Below, piece after piece: positions 57,554 to 64,000 of a DNA stretch of 64,000 nt. This stretch comes from a virus (lineage: Duplodnaviria; Heunggongvirae; Uroviricota; Caudoviricetes). Below the pieces are notes generated by a model that did no database searches, was not told the DNA's origin, and saw nothing but the letters and a program-made list of their open reading frames with translations. The DNA lies in IMG/VR virus record IMGVR_UViG_3300044295_000306. The stretch is one strand, 5' to 3'. How positions within the stretch are numbered: position 1 is the stretch's first letter; every line of letters begins with the position of its first letter. The translations under genes were made by a program, and so were the position numbers.

Positions 57554-58237
57554 TTAAGGAAGTTGATTAATTTTAGCATTATCTACATATTTTGTCAAAT
57601 CGTTTATATATTTATGCTTTTTTTCCATAAATACTTGTGGTTTAAGTTCTGATTGCGTCGCAACAATGACAACTATATCATTAATCGGTATATCAGTCAG
57701 TTCCTCAAACATTTCAGCATATGCACTACATTGCATGAAATAATTCTTGATTTTATCTTTCTCCTTACTATTGTTAGAAGTCTTAAAGTCTATAACAGAT
57801 AATACACCATTCCAATAAGCAATACAATCAACCCTTCCAGCAATCATCATCTTATGTGAGTATAAAGCCTGCTCTAAACAATATATCTTACCTATATTAT
57901 CCAACAAAACAGGTTTTACTTGAAGAAATAACTCCTTTATATTAGGCATTAACATCCTAATCTTCATGTCAGTCATTTCATTCAATAAAAACTTTTCGCA
58001 TATATCATGAAGTGCTGTACCTCTTCTAGCCGCTCTTCCAGCTATCTTAACAGCTTCTTCTTCACCTACTTTCAGTTTCCACTCTGTAATAACATCTTTA
58101 TTATATGATGAAAGAATAGTTGTCACTGATGGATATTTTTTACCATCAGGTGTACTATAAAATCTTCCTTGTTCCGTAGTTACCGCAGATAAATCAAAAT
58201 CTAACTGCGGTAACTTCTCAATCACAAAATTATGCAA
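57554..58237 (-). CDS. PD-(D/E)XK exonuclease
   Basis: YPSVTTILS, RGTALH, EQALYS...AGRVDCIA, IDFKTS, YFMQCSAYAEM. Confidence 0.9.
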   Translation of the reverse strand: MHNFVIEKLPQLDFDLSAVTTEQGRFYSTPDGKKYPSVTTILSSYNKDVITEWKLKVGEEEAVKIAGRAARRGTALHDICEKFLLNEMTDMKIRMLMPNIKELFLQVKPVLLDNIGKIYCLEQALYSHKMMIAGRVDCIAYWNGVLSVIDFKTSNNSKEKDKIKNYFMQCSAYAEMFEELTDIPINDIVVIVATQSELKPQVFMEKKHKYINDLTKYVDNAKINQLP

Positions 58238-58910
58238 ATCCTAACTCCATTTTAGTAACAATATAATTTTTAACCAATTCTGATCTAACAATATCATGAA
58301 TACCAAATTCAATTTTTTCAAAACAACCCATCTTTTCAACAATCTTCATGAAATCTAATAGACCAGTCTTTTCTTGTTTCATCAAATCACTTTGACGGAA
58401 ATCACCACAAAAAATAATTCTACAGTTATCACCTATTCTTGTAATGACTGTATCCAACTCATGATAATTCATATTCTGTGATTCGTCAACTATTACGATA
58501 GCATTCCTGAATGTTATTCCTCTTAAGTAAGATGTTGTAGCAAACTGTACAATAAATTTATTCTTAAGTATATCATATCCGTCACCGCGTCCAAATAAAT
58601 CATCACAAATCTCACGATACGGTTCTTCAAATACTTTTGTTTTCTCTTTTATATTACCAGGTAAAAATCCCATATCTCTGCTGGGAACAACAGAACGTAA
58701 TATGACGATTTTATCATATATCGCATTACCTTTCAACACTTCATTTAATGCAAGATATAATGAAATATAAGTCTTACCTGTTCCAGCCACACCATGTAGT
58801 AGAAGATTTTTTCCTTCAAAAAATGATCTGAAAGTATCTTCCTGATTAATTGTCAAAGGCTTTATTTTTTTTAAAGAGAAATGTTGTTGTGTTTGTAATT
58901 TCTTTCCCAT
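58230..58910 (-). CDS. phoH: PhoH-family ATPase
   Basis: GVAGTGKT, RSVVP.R.MGFLPG, RGITF, IVDESQN, GDFRQSD, DIVRS.LV. Confidence 0.95.
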   Translation of the reverse strand: MGKKLQTQQHFSLKKIKPLTINQEDTFRSFFEGKNLLLHGVAGTGKTYISLYLALNEVLKGNAIYDKIVILRSVVPSRDMGFLPGNIKEKTKVFEEPYREICDDLFGRGDGYDILKNKFIVQFATTSYLRGITFRNAIVIVDESQNMNYHELDTVITRIGDNCRIIFCGDFRQSDLMKQEKTGLLDFMKIVEKMGCFEKIEFGIHDIVRSELVKNYIVTKMELGFA

Positions 58911-58978
58911 CTTACGCCTTTCAAAAGAAAAAGGGAATACTCTTGCGAATATTCCCTTACGTTAAACTTCGGTTAACA

Positions 58979-59296
58979 TCAAGAATTTTTTATTCTGTTA
59001 GATATTTTCTTGACATGAGATTCGACAACCCTTGCAGTTCTTGCCTCCTTAATTGTTTTTCTTTTATGTTTATTTGCTAAAGGACTTGAAGGATGTGCAT
59101 CAGAAATCTTTGTTAAAACATCTTTAAATCCATCGGGCACTTTCTTGCTACTGCCAGTACCAGATACTATCGCTGGTGCTGTTAAAATCGGCTGAATATG
59201 TTTGTTTTCTGCAAGATACTGCTCTCTTTCAGAAATCTTCATCTTCATTTCAAAGTATTCATTTTCTTCTGTATCATGAAATAAGTACGTCGGCAT
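58979..59296 (-). CDS. FmdB-like small regulatory protein
   Basis: MPTYLF....E.FE..M.ISE pattern; lacks the usual CxxC pairs. Confidence 0.6.
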   Translation of the reverse strand: MPTYLFHDTEENEYFEMKMKISEREQYLAENKHIQPILTAPAIVSGTGSSKKVPDGFKDVLTKISDAHPSSPLANKHKRKTIKEARTARVVESHVKKISNRIKNS

Positions 59297-59858
59297 TCTC
59301 TATCTTTCCTTTCAAACCATCAGAAAACCATACTGGCACTTTCCGATTAGTCCATTTTGCAAAACTTGCCTTATGATCTATATAGTATTTCCGATACGAC
59401 AAAACAGAATTACCAGATATTTTACATTCTTCAGGCATTGCTGGTGGCGGTTCAGTGAATTCTTTATCAATATCATTCAATGCATAAGGAGCATAAGCAA
59501 GATACTTAGTAATAGTCTCACATTTATGATTCTTACCATACCTATGGGTATATTCAATCAATAATTCACATAAAAGATCATGTAACCATCTATAGTTGTA
59601 TATATTCTCACGGCACCAAATGGCAGAGGGATGATTAATATGCGTCGCATTATACAAAATGCCTTCACGCAAATCATTCAATGGCCACCGCTTTACGTTT
59701 CTACCAGTTCCACTTTTACCAATTATCAAATTGCCATCCAATACGCGATGGGCAGTAGAAAGTAACTGACAACTTTCGAGAATCATCTTAACCACATGCT
59801 TATTACAATGATATTGAGCGCAAAGCCGTGGATTATTATCTAAATAAAATATGTTCAT
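59274..59858 (-). CDS. Pyrimidine-dimer DNA glycosylase-like (DenV-related) protein
   Basis: MNIFYLD..P..CA..HC.KHVVKMILE..QLLSTAHR, THINHPSAIW, EY..RYGK.H, PPPAMP. Confidence 0.8.
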   Translation of the reverse strand: MNIFYLDNNPRLCAQYHCNKHVVKMILESCQLLSTAHRVLDGNLIIGKSGTGRNVKRWPLNDLREGILYNATHINHPSAIWCRENIYNYRWLHDLLCELLIEYTHRYGKNHKCETITKYLAYAPYALNDIDKEFTEPPPAMPEECKISGNSVLSYRKYYIDHKASFAKWTNRKVPVWFSDGLKGKIENADVLIS

Positions 59859-59865
59859 ATGAAAA

Positions 59866-59884
59866 AGGGACCATTTAGGTCCCT
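59866..59884 (-). terminator. Rho-independent terminator after the Lys-rich early gene
   Basis: AGGGACC-TAAAT-GGTCCCT followed by TTTT. Confidence 0.8.
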
Positions 59885-59903
59885 CTCCTGTGTCACTGTT
59901 TTA

Positions 59904-60335
59904 TTACTTGATTTCTTCAACAGTAAGAGATTCCTCTTGCTTTTCAGTTTTTTGAGTAATACCAAGATCAGCAATCTTCTTGATCTTAGTGGGCTTTTTT
60001 GCCACCTTCTTCACAGGCTTTACATTCTTTTTGATCTTAGCCACGGGTGCAGAAGCAATCTTGGCATCGGCAATACGCTTGTGAATTTTTTCCACAACGA
60101 TATTCATTGCTTCAGGATTGATAATCTGATAAGTATCAATCTTGCGACCAATGCGCGTGGACTTGATGATAGCCTTTGCATGAATCTTACATTCAACAAG
60201 ATAACATGAAATGCGATACATTTCAATTTGCTTACCCAAAGCCTTCTCAATGTCGGCCTTATTAACGGGCTTTCCATCAGCCATAAAAACCAAAAGCTTT
60301 TCCCAACCCTTCATTTCAGTAGATTTAATACGCAT
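59904..60335 (-). CDS. Lys-rich putative DNA-binding early protein
   Basis: Own sigma70 promoter, GGAG SD and terminator; K-rich C-terminal tail. Confidence 0.75.
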   Translation of the reverse strand: MRIKSTEMKGWEKLLVFMADGKPVNKADIEKALGKQIEMYRISCYLVECKIHAKAIIKSTRIGRKIDTYQIINPEAMNIVVEKIHKRIADAKIASAPVAKIKKNVKPVKKVAKKPTKIKKIADLGITQKTEKQEESLTVEEIK

Positions 60336-60378
60336 AATATAACTCCATAAGTTTGAATAATTTGTACTTCACATGATT

Positions 60379-60407
60379 ATTATAACATATATTCATATTA
60401 TTGTCAA
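60379..60407 (-). promoter_or_regulatory. Perfect sigma70 early promoter
   Basis: TTGACA(60407-60402)-17 nt-TATAAT(60384-60379). Confidence 0.9.
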
Positions 60408-60411
60408 GTCA

Positions 60412-60792
60412 CTATAGCACCTCATTCTTACGTCCAAGACTAGCTGGATCAGTACCAGGAGAAACATAGGTGTAATGACCTTTATGAAGCGGCGCCGTAC
60501 AAGATGCCACATCATTAATAATCTTTCGATCATTTTCGGTAAGTTTATGAAAATCTTTCATGATACCATTCTTAGTTAAGACTTCCGTACTTTCAAGTTC
60601 CACGGAAGGAATATCACTATGATTAGCGCCAGCACGAACGATATCGAATTTCTTAGGTTTCATAGGAACAAAAGTCTTTCGTTGCTTTTTTCCTGTACTA
60701 CCATGACTGGCTAGCCATTTCTGATATTGTTCGCGCTCGCGCTTTGTCTTTTGTTTTGCTTTACGTTTTGGACCACTATAATGAATAATCAT
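60412..60792 (-). CDS. Basic hypothetical early protein
   Basis: ORF track; C-terminal APLHKGHY.YV motif common in T4-like phages. Confidence 0.7.
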   Translation of the reverse strand: MIIHYSGPKRKAKQKTKREREQYQKWLASHGSTGKKQRKTFVPMKPKKFDIVRAGANHSDIPSVELESTEVLTKNGIMKDFHKLTENDRKIINDVASCTAPLHKGHYTYVSPGTDPASLGRKNEVL

Positions 60793-61175
60793 TTAATAGA
60801 ATCTCTCACAGCTTCAATATGCTTACATTTTGAATGGAATTTGAATCCAACGCACGAACACGAATAATTCTTACCTGAAAGGGTAACAATATACTCATGT
60901 TTACCTTTTACTTTGAATTTCCGAATAGATGATAGAGTCTTACTGCCCTTAAGAATCTCTAATTTATGGACGTTAACACTGGAAATAATGGATACAGGAT
61001 ACATGACATTTCCAGTCTTAACTGAAAACGAATCAGCGGATACCCATCGTTGATTGTTGACTACTTCACCTTGAAAAGTAAAGTATTCGAATCTATCTTT
61101 GTTGAACAAATGAATACTGGGATGTCGAGTGACAACCCGAACGATTGATCCAACAGCAGGAATATTTGAGTTCAT
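60789..61175 (-). CDS. SWIM zinc-finger protein
   Basis: YSCSCVGFKFHSKCKHI (CxC-x8-CxH). Confidence 0.8.
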   Translation of the reverse strand: MNSNIPAVGSIVRVVTRHPSIHLFNKDRFEYFTFQGEVVNNQRWVSADSFSVKTGNVMYPVSIISSVNVHKLEILKGSKTLSSIRKFKVKGKHEYIVTLSGKNYSCSCVGFKFHSKCKHIEAVRDSIK

Positions 61176-61181
61176 GCTATT

Positions 61182-61210
61182 ATTATAGCAAAATATTCCA
61201 TATTTGTCAA
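61182..61210 (-). promoter_or_regulatory. Perfect sigma70 early promoter, probably giving a leaderless mRNA
   Basis: TTGACA(61210-61205)-17 nt-TATAAT(61187-61182); ATG only 6 nt downstream. Confidence 0.9.
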
Positions 61211-61228
61211 GGGAATAAATCCCTTGAA

Positions 61229-61241
61229 AATCAACAACTTA
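61229..61241 (+). promoter_or_regulatory. IHF consensus site upstream of the early promoter
   Basis: AATCAACAACTTA matches WATCAANNNNTTR exactly. Confidence 0.6.
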
Positions 61242-61406
61242 GCCTAGAAGCAGTTTTTTATCGTCATCTAGGCGCATATCTTCTTCAAATTCGCTTAGTT
61301 TTAGACGATTAAGCTCGCGCGTCATTTCATCTATATTGCCTTGTTGCGCGGCTATTTTTTCTTCTAGTTCTTTAATCTTTTGTTTAATGTTAGAATGATA
61401 TGCCAT
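61239..61406 (-). CDS. Small coiled-coil protein, 55 aa, missed by ORF track
   Basis: Manual translation MAYHSNIKQKIKELEEKIAAQQGNIDEMTRELNRLKLSEFEEDMRLDDDKKLLLG*. Confidence 0.7.
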   Translation of the reverse strand: MAYHSNIKQKIKELEEKIAAQQGNIDEMTRELNRLKLSEFEEDMRLDDDKKLLLG

Positions 61407-61548
61407 CTTTCTCTTGCCTTAGACTACGAAGTAATGCCTTATCTTGTTTTTTTCTTTTGTGTTGTTTCATTGATTGTTCGTCATCATACTCACGATTTTT
61501 CCGAACTTTTGTCTTTGCACTTCTCATTACTTGCTTAGAACTAATCAT
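61390..61548 (-). CDS. Small basic protein, 52 aa, missed by ORF track
   Basis: Manual translation MISSKQVMRSAKTKVRKNREYDDEQSMKQHKRKKQDKALLRSLRQEKDGISF*; SD AGGAG. Confidence 0.6.
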   Translation of the reverse strand: MISSKQVMRSAKTKVRKNREYDDEQSMKQHKRKKQDKALLRSLRQEKDGISF

Positions 61549-61567
61549 TTTATTTCTGTTTCTCCTG

Positions 61568-62167
61568 TTAAAAAATATTATCGGCCAATTTCATCTTTAC
61601 AACTTCTTCTGGTGTCAGCCAAACATCAGAAGGAGGAAGTAATTTAGTAATAATACTATCCCGACGCATATTACATGAATCCTGTATAACTCTAATCATC
61701 TTTTCATTACAAAAATCAACTTCTTTCATTGTGGCTTGTATCTCATGGGATTTACCTTCTTGTTCCATTGAAAACTGGTGACATAAAACACTAGTATTCT
61801 TGCCAAGATTTCTACCACCTTGAGCACCTGAAATAAAAATAAGAAATGCAGCACTCATCAAATTACCTATACCATAGGTATGAATAGGTATCTTACTTGT
61901 TCGCATTACATCAATTAATGCAAATGCATCATACAAACTACCACCCTCTGAATTTATGTATAATTTTAATACTTTTTCTTTTTCATAATTAAAGTTCTCA
62001 TAGGTAATCCATTTGATAACTTCAAGTACCTTCTTAGTATCAATCTCTTCACTAAGAAAAAATATATGATTCTGAAAAAGAAACTTATCTATTACATCAT
62101 TTTTATCAGCAGCTAATTTCCAATCTAATGCTCTAGTCATACAGTAATCTTTTGTTCTTTCTTCCAA
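61568..62167 (-). CDS. clpP: ClpP-family protease
   Basis: LYINSEGGSLYDAFALID.M, MSAA (Ser), CHQ (His), D.WL.PEE..K..L.D (Asp). Confidence 0.88.
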   Translation of the reverse strand: MEERTKDYCMTRALDWKLAADKNDVIDKFLFQNHIFFLSEEIDTKKVLEVIKWITYENFNYEKEKVLKLYINSEGGSLYDAFALIDVMRTSKIPIHTYGIGNLMSAAFLIFISGAQGGRNLGKNTSVLCHQFSMEQEGKSHEIQATMKEVDFCNEKMIRVIQDSCNMRRDSIITKLLPPSDVWLTPEEVVKMKLADNIF

Positions 62168-62868
62168 GGAAACAATGATGAATATTTCTTCTCTTGAATC
62201 TGATTGCCTTTTATGAAAAATTCCTCTTTAACGGAATTATCATTACCATCGAGTCGATAATTCACAGTATGTTCAAAGGTACAAGAATAATTGGAAAAAT
62301 GTTGTTTGATATTATAGAAAAATTGGCGATCTGCACCCCATTGACCATACCAACAATGGCCAATTCGAACAGCAACCTCTTTTCTAACTGCAAAACATGC
62401 GGTATCGATATGAAAGACATTAGAATCAAAGAATGTTGACCATTTTCCTAGGGATTCACAATTATCTTCACAGATAAAATTACCATTTTTATCACAGATA
62501 TTTCTTAGTGAGTATGTCCAATCAAATCCTTCAATAGCATTCACAATTGATGATACATGATTAGAATTATAAAAATTATCTTCGTCAAGATAGCAAATAA
62601 TATCGGCATTAACTAAAAATGAACATGCTGCATATACTCTATGTCCATACCAACCTTTACCGATGTTTTCTTGAAGTTGGATTGTTTTTATATCTCTATC
62701 GCCGACAACATCAAAAAGAATAGGATAAATCTTATGATAGTAATTCTCACCATCAAGAAATATATAATGAGTCAAGTTTTCATAGGTCTGACTCTGAACA
62801 CTTTCCATGCATTTTCTAAGTGTTTCATTACCTATTGTAGGAGTAACAATAGCGACTTTAGGATTCAT
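62137..62868 (-). CDS. Glycosyltransferase family 2
   Basis: VAIVTPTIG, SVQSQTY, FLDG, YLDED (DxD), IDT..F, WGADR. Confidence 0.88.
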   Translation of the reverse strand: MNPKVAIVTPTIGNETLRKCMESVQSQTYENLTHYIFLDGENYYHKIYPILFDVVGDRDIKTIQLQENIGKGWYGHRVYAACSFLVNADIICYLDEDNFYNSNHVSSIVNAIEGFDWTYSLRNICDKNGNFICEDNCESLGKWSTFFDSNVFHIDTACFAVRKEVAVRIGHCWYGQWGADRQFFYNIKQHFSNYSCTFEHTVNYRLDGNDNSVKEEFFIKGNQIQEKKYSSLFPWKKEQKITV

Positions 62869-62870
62869 GA

Positions 62871-63314
62871 TTAAAATGGTAGATTAGGAAATGCTTCTTT
62901 AACAATTTTTGGTGTTAAACCTTTGACGGGTAGATTTTTCTTGAAACAACCCATCAATAATTTAGCTTCATCGGCATGCATGGATTCCAACATTGTATGA
63001 AGAATTTCTTGTTCTTTTTTAACGGGTAGTTTTGTTCTATATTTCGGATGTTCAGGAATAAACACATACAATCTATCGATTTCGAATGCGAGATTGGTAT
63101 AGTTTAGACCTTCAGGAATAATAGAAGGTTTGTATTCAGGCAATTTACTGATATCAAACTTTACAGCTGGATGCATAGCAAACAGAATAAAATCCATTAA
63201 TCGTTTATCGCCATATTTTTGAAGAACTGCAATCTTATCTTTCCGTGTTGGTGCTTCTTCAAATTCACGAAAGATTTCGTGGTAAAGTTTATTAAAACTC
63301 ATCGAGGACCTCAA
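62871..63314 (-). CDS. Conserved T4-like hypothetical protein downstream of rnh
   Basis: HEIF.E......RKDKIAVL, LPEYKPS, LESMH..EAKLL, GLT.KIVKEAFP. Confidence 0.75.
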   Translation of the reverse strand: MRSSMSFNKLYHEIFREFEEAPTRKDKIAVLQKYGDKRLMDFILFAMHPAVKFDISKLPEYKPSIIPEGLNYTNLAFEIDRLYVFIPEHPKYRTKLPVKKEQEILHTMLESMHADEAKLLMGCFKKNLPVKGLTPKIVKEAFPNLPF

Positions 63315-64000
63315 TTAGATTTTTTAAACGATTAGCAATCATATAATTCATGAAATGATTCTTCGTTTTGGGTTTGTTGTTTTCAAATGATTCACAGATA
63401 TCTTGTTGAATCTTAGCAGGAATCAATCGCAGATCAATAAGAGATTCATTCCTCTTATAATTCCGTAACATATCTTCACTACAAAACTCTTGAGGAGTTT
63501 GATTCATCCAATTAAGAATCTTCGCTTCTGTAATAGGTTTTTGTCTGATACCAGCGACAATTGAATCGTCACTGGAAAGAATATTCGGAATACCATCACC
63601 TTTATCACCACGAATAATTAATTGCTTCAGGTGAGCAGATGGAAATTCTTCTTTAATATGTTTCTTGAGAATAGGCGAGTATTGATCAACATTCTCATAA
63701 GCTTGAAGTTGAGCAAAATCTTTATCGCTCGAAAGAATCATGATCTTTGCAGCAGAAGAATACCGCATACAAAGAACAGCAATAACATCATCAGCTTCAG
63801 CCCCATCCACATCAATTACCTTGTAAGGTGAATGATCTTTTAATTCTTGCCTGATAGTGTTAATACATTCAAAGATAGAGATCCAATCCAGACCAGAACT
63901 GTTTCTATCTTTCTTTCGATTGGCTTTATAATATGGAAATACAGTCTTGCGCCAGTAGTTCCTATTGTCACATGCAATAACAACAGTTGGACCATAAACA
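63292..64000 (-). CDS. rnh: T4 RNase H / 5'-3' exonuclease, partial (start lies beyond the right edge)
   Basis: Frame extends to the edge: IACDNRNYWRKTVFPYYKANRKK...GAEADDVIAVL..ILSSDKDFAQL..GDKGDGIPNI. Confidence 0.95.
   Translation of the reverse strand, partial: VYGPTVVIACDNRNYWRKTVFPYYKANRKKDRNSSGLDWISIFECINTIRQELKDHSPYKVIDVDGAEADDVIAVLCMRYSSAAKIMILSSDKDFAQLQAYENVDQYSPILKKHIKEEFPSAHLKQLIIRGDKGDGIPNILSSDDSIVAGIRQKPITEAKILNWMNQTPQEFCSEDMLRNYKRNESLIDLRLIPAKIQQDICESFENNKPKTKNHFMNYMIANRLKNLIEVLDEF

Noticed and set aside
424-63831. Many short opposite-strand ORFs in the track (e.g. 424-651, 8120-8473, 25320-25637, 30018-30599, 40435-40758, 59859-60209)
   Set aside because: Antisense shadows of well-supported genes, without SD or recognisable motifs.
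1-64000. CRISPR array or alternative genetic code
   Set aside because: No regularly spaced repeat-spacer series seen; core genes are intact in the standard code, with stops of all three types used as terminators.

Overview
This window is a 64-kb, AT-rich segment of a T4-like (Tevenvirinae/cyanomyovirus-type architecture) myophage genome. The host is probably a Gram-negative bacterium, inferred from an encoded outer-membrane beta-barrel, sigma70 promoters and an IHF site. Nearly all genes lie on the minus strand. Order along the window: recombination/late transcription genes (gp46 partial, gp47, gp55, uvsW, uvsY); head and tail core (gp3, 23, 22, 21, 68-like, 67-like, 20, 19, 18, 17, 16, 15, 14, 13); a ~11-kb accessory fibre/adhesin region with tandem paralogs and three fibre-tip plus chaperone cassettes; baseplate (DUF4815-type giant protein split in two, gp8, 7, 6, 25, 5, hub, 53, 48); a short plus-strand block (gp4, gp2, gp54, gp26, gp51, tape-measure-like protein with lytic domain); then gp32, 59, 33, dsbA, an SleB-type hydrolase, an OMP, exonuclease, phoH, FmdB-like, DenV-like glycosylase, early genes with perfect sigma70 promoters, clpP, a GT2 glycosyltransferase and rnh (partial). 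Three observations are not explained by the ORF track. (1) A complete circularly permuted two-piece tmRNA at ~56.78-57.09 kb encodes the tag ANDVYFEELKLAA, in a phage that also carries clpP. (2) A candidate -1 programmed frameshift (U UUU UUC plus hairpin) fuses gp26 to gp51 directly upstream of the tape-measure gene, like lambda G/GT. (3) DNA-level mosaic repeats suggest the fibre-tip/chaperone cassettes recombine. All assignments come from reading the sequence and recalled family motifs; no database searches were run.
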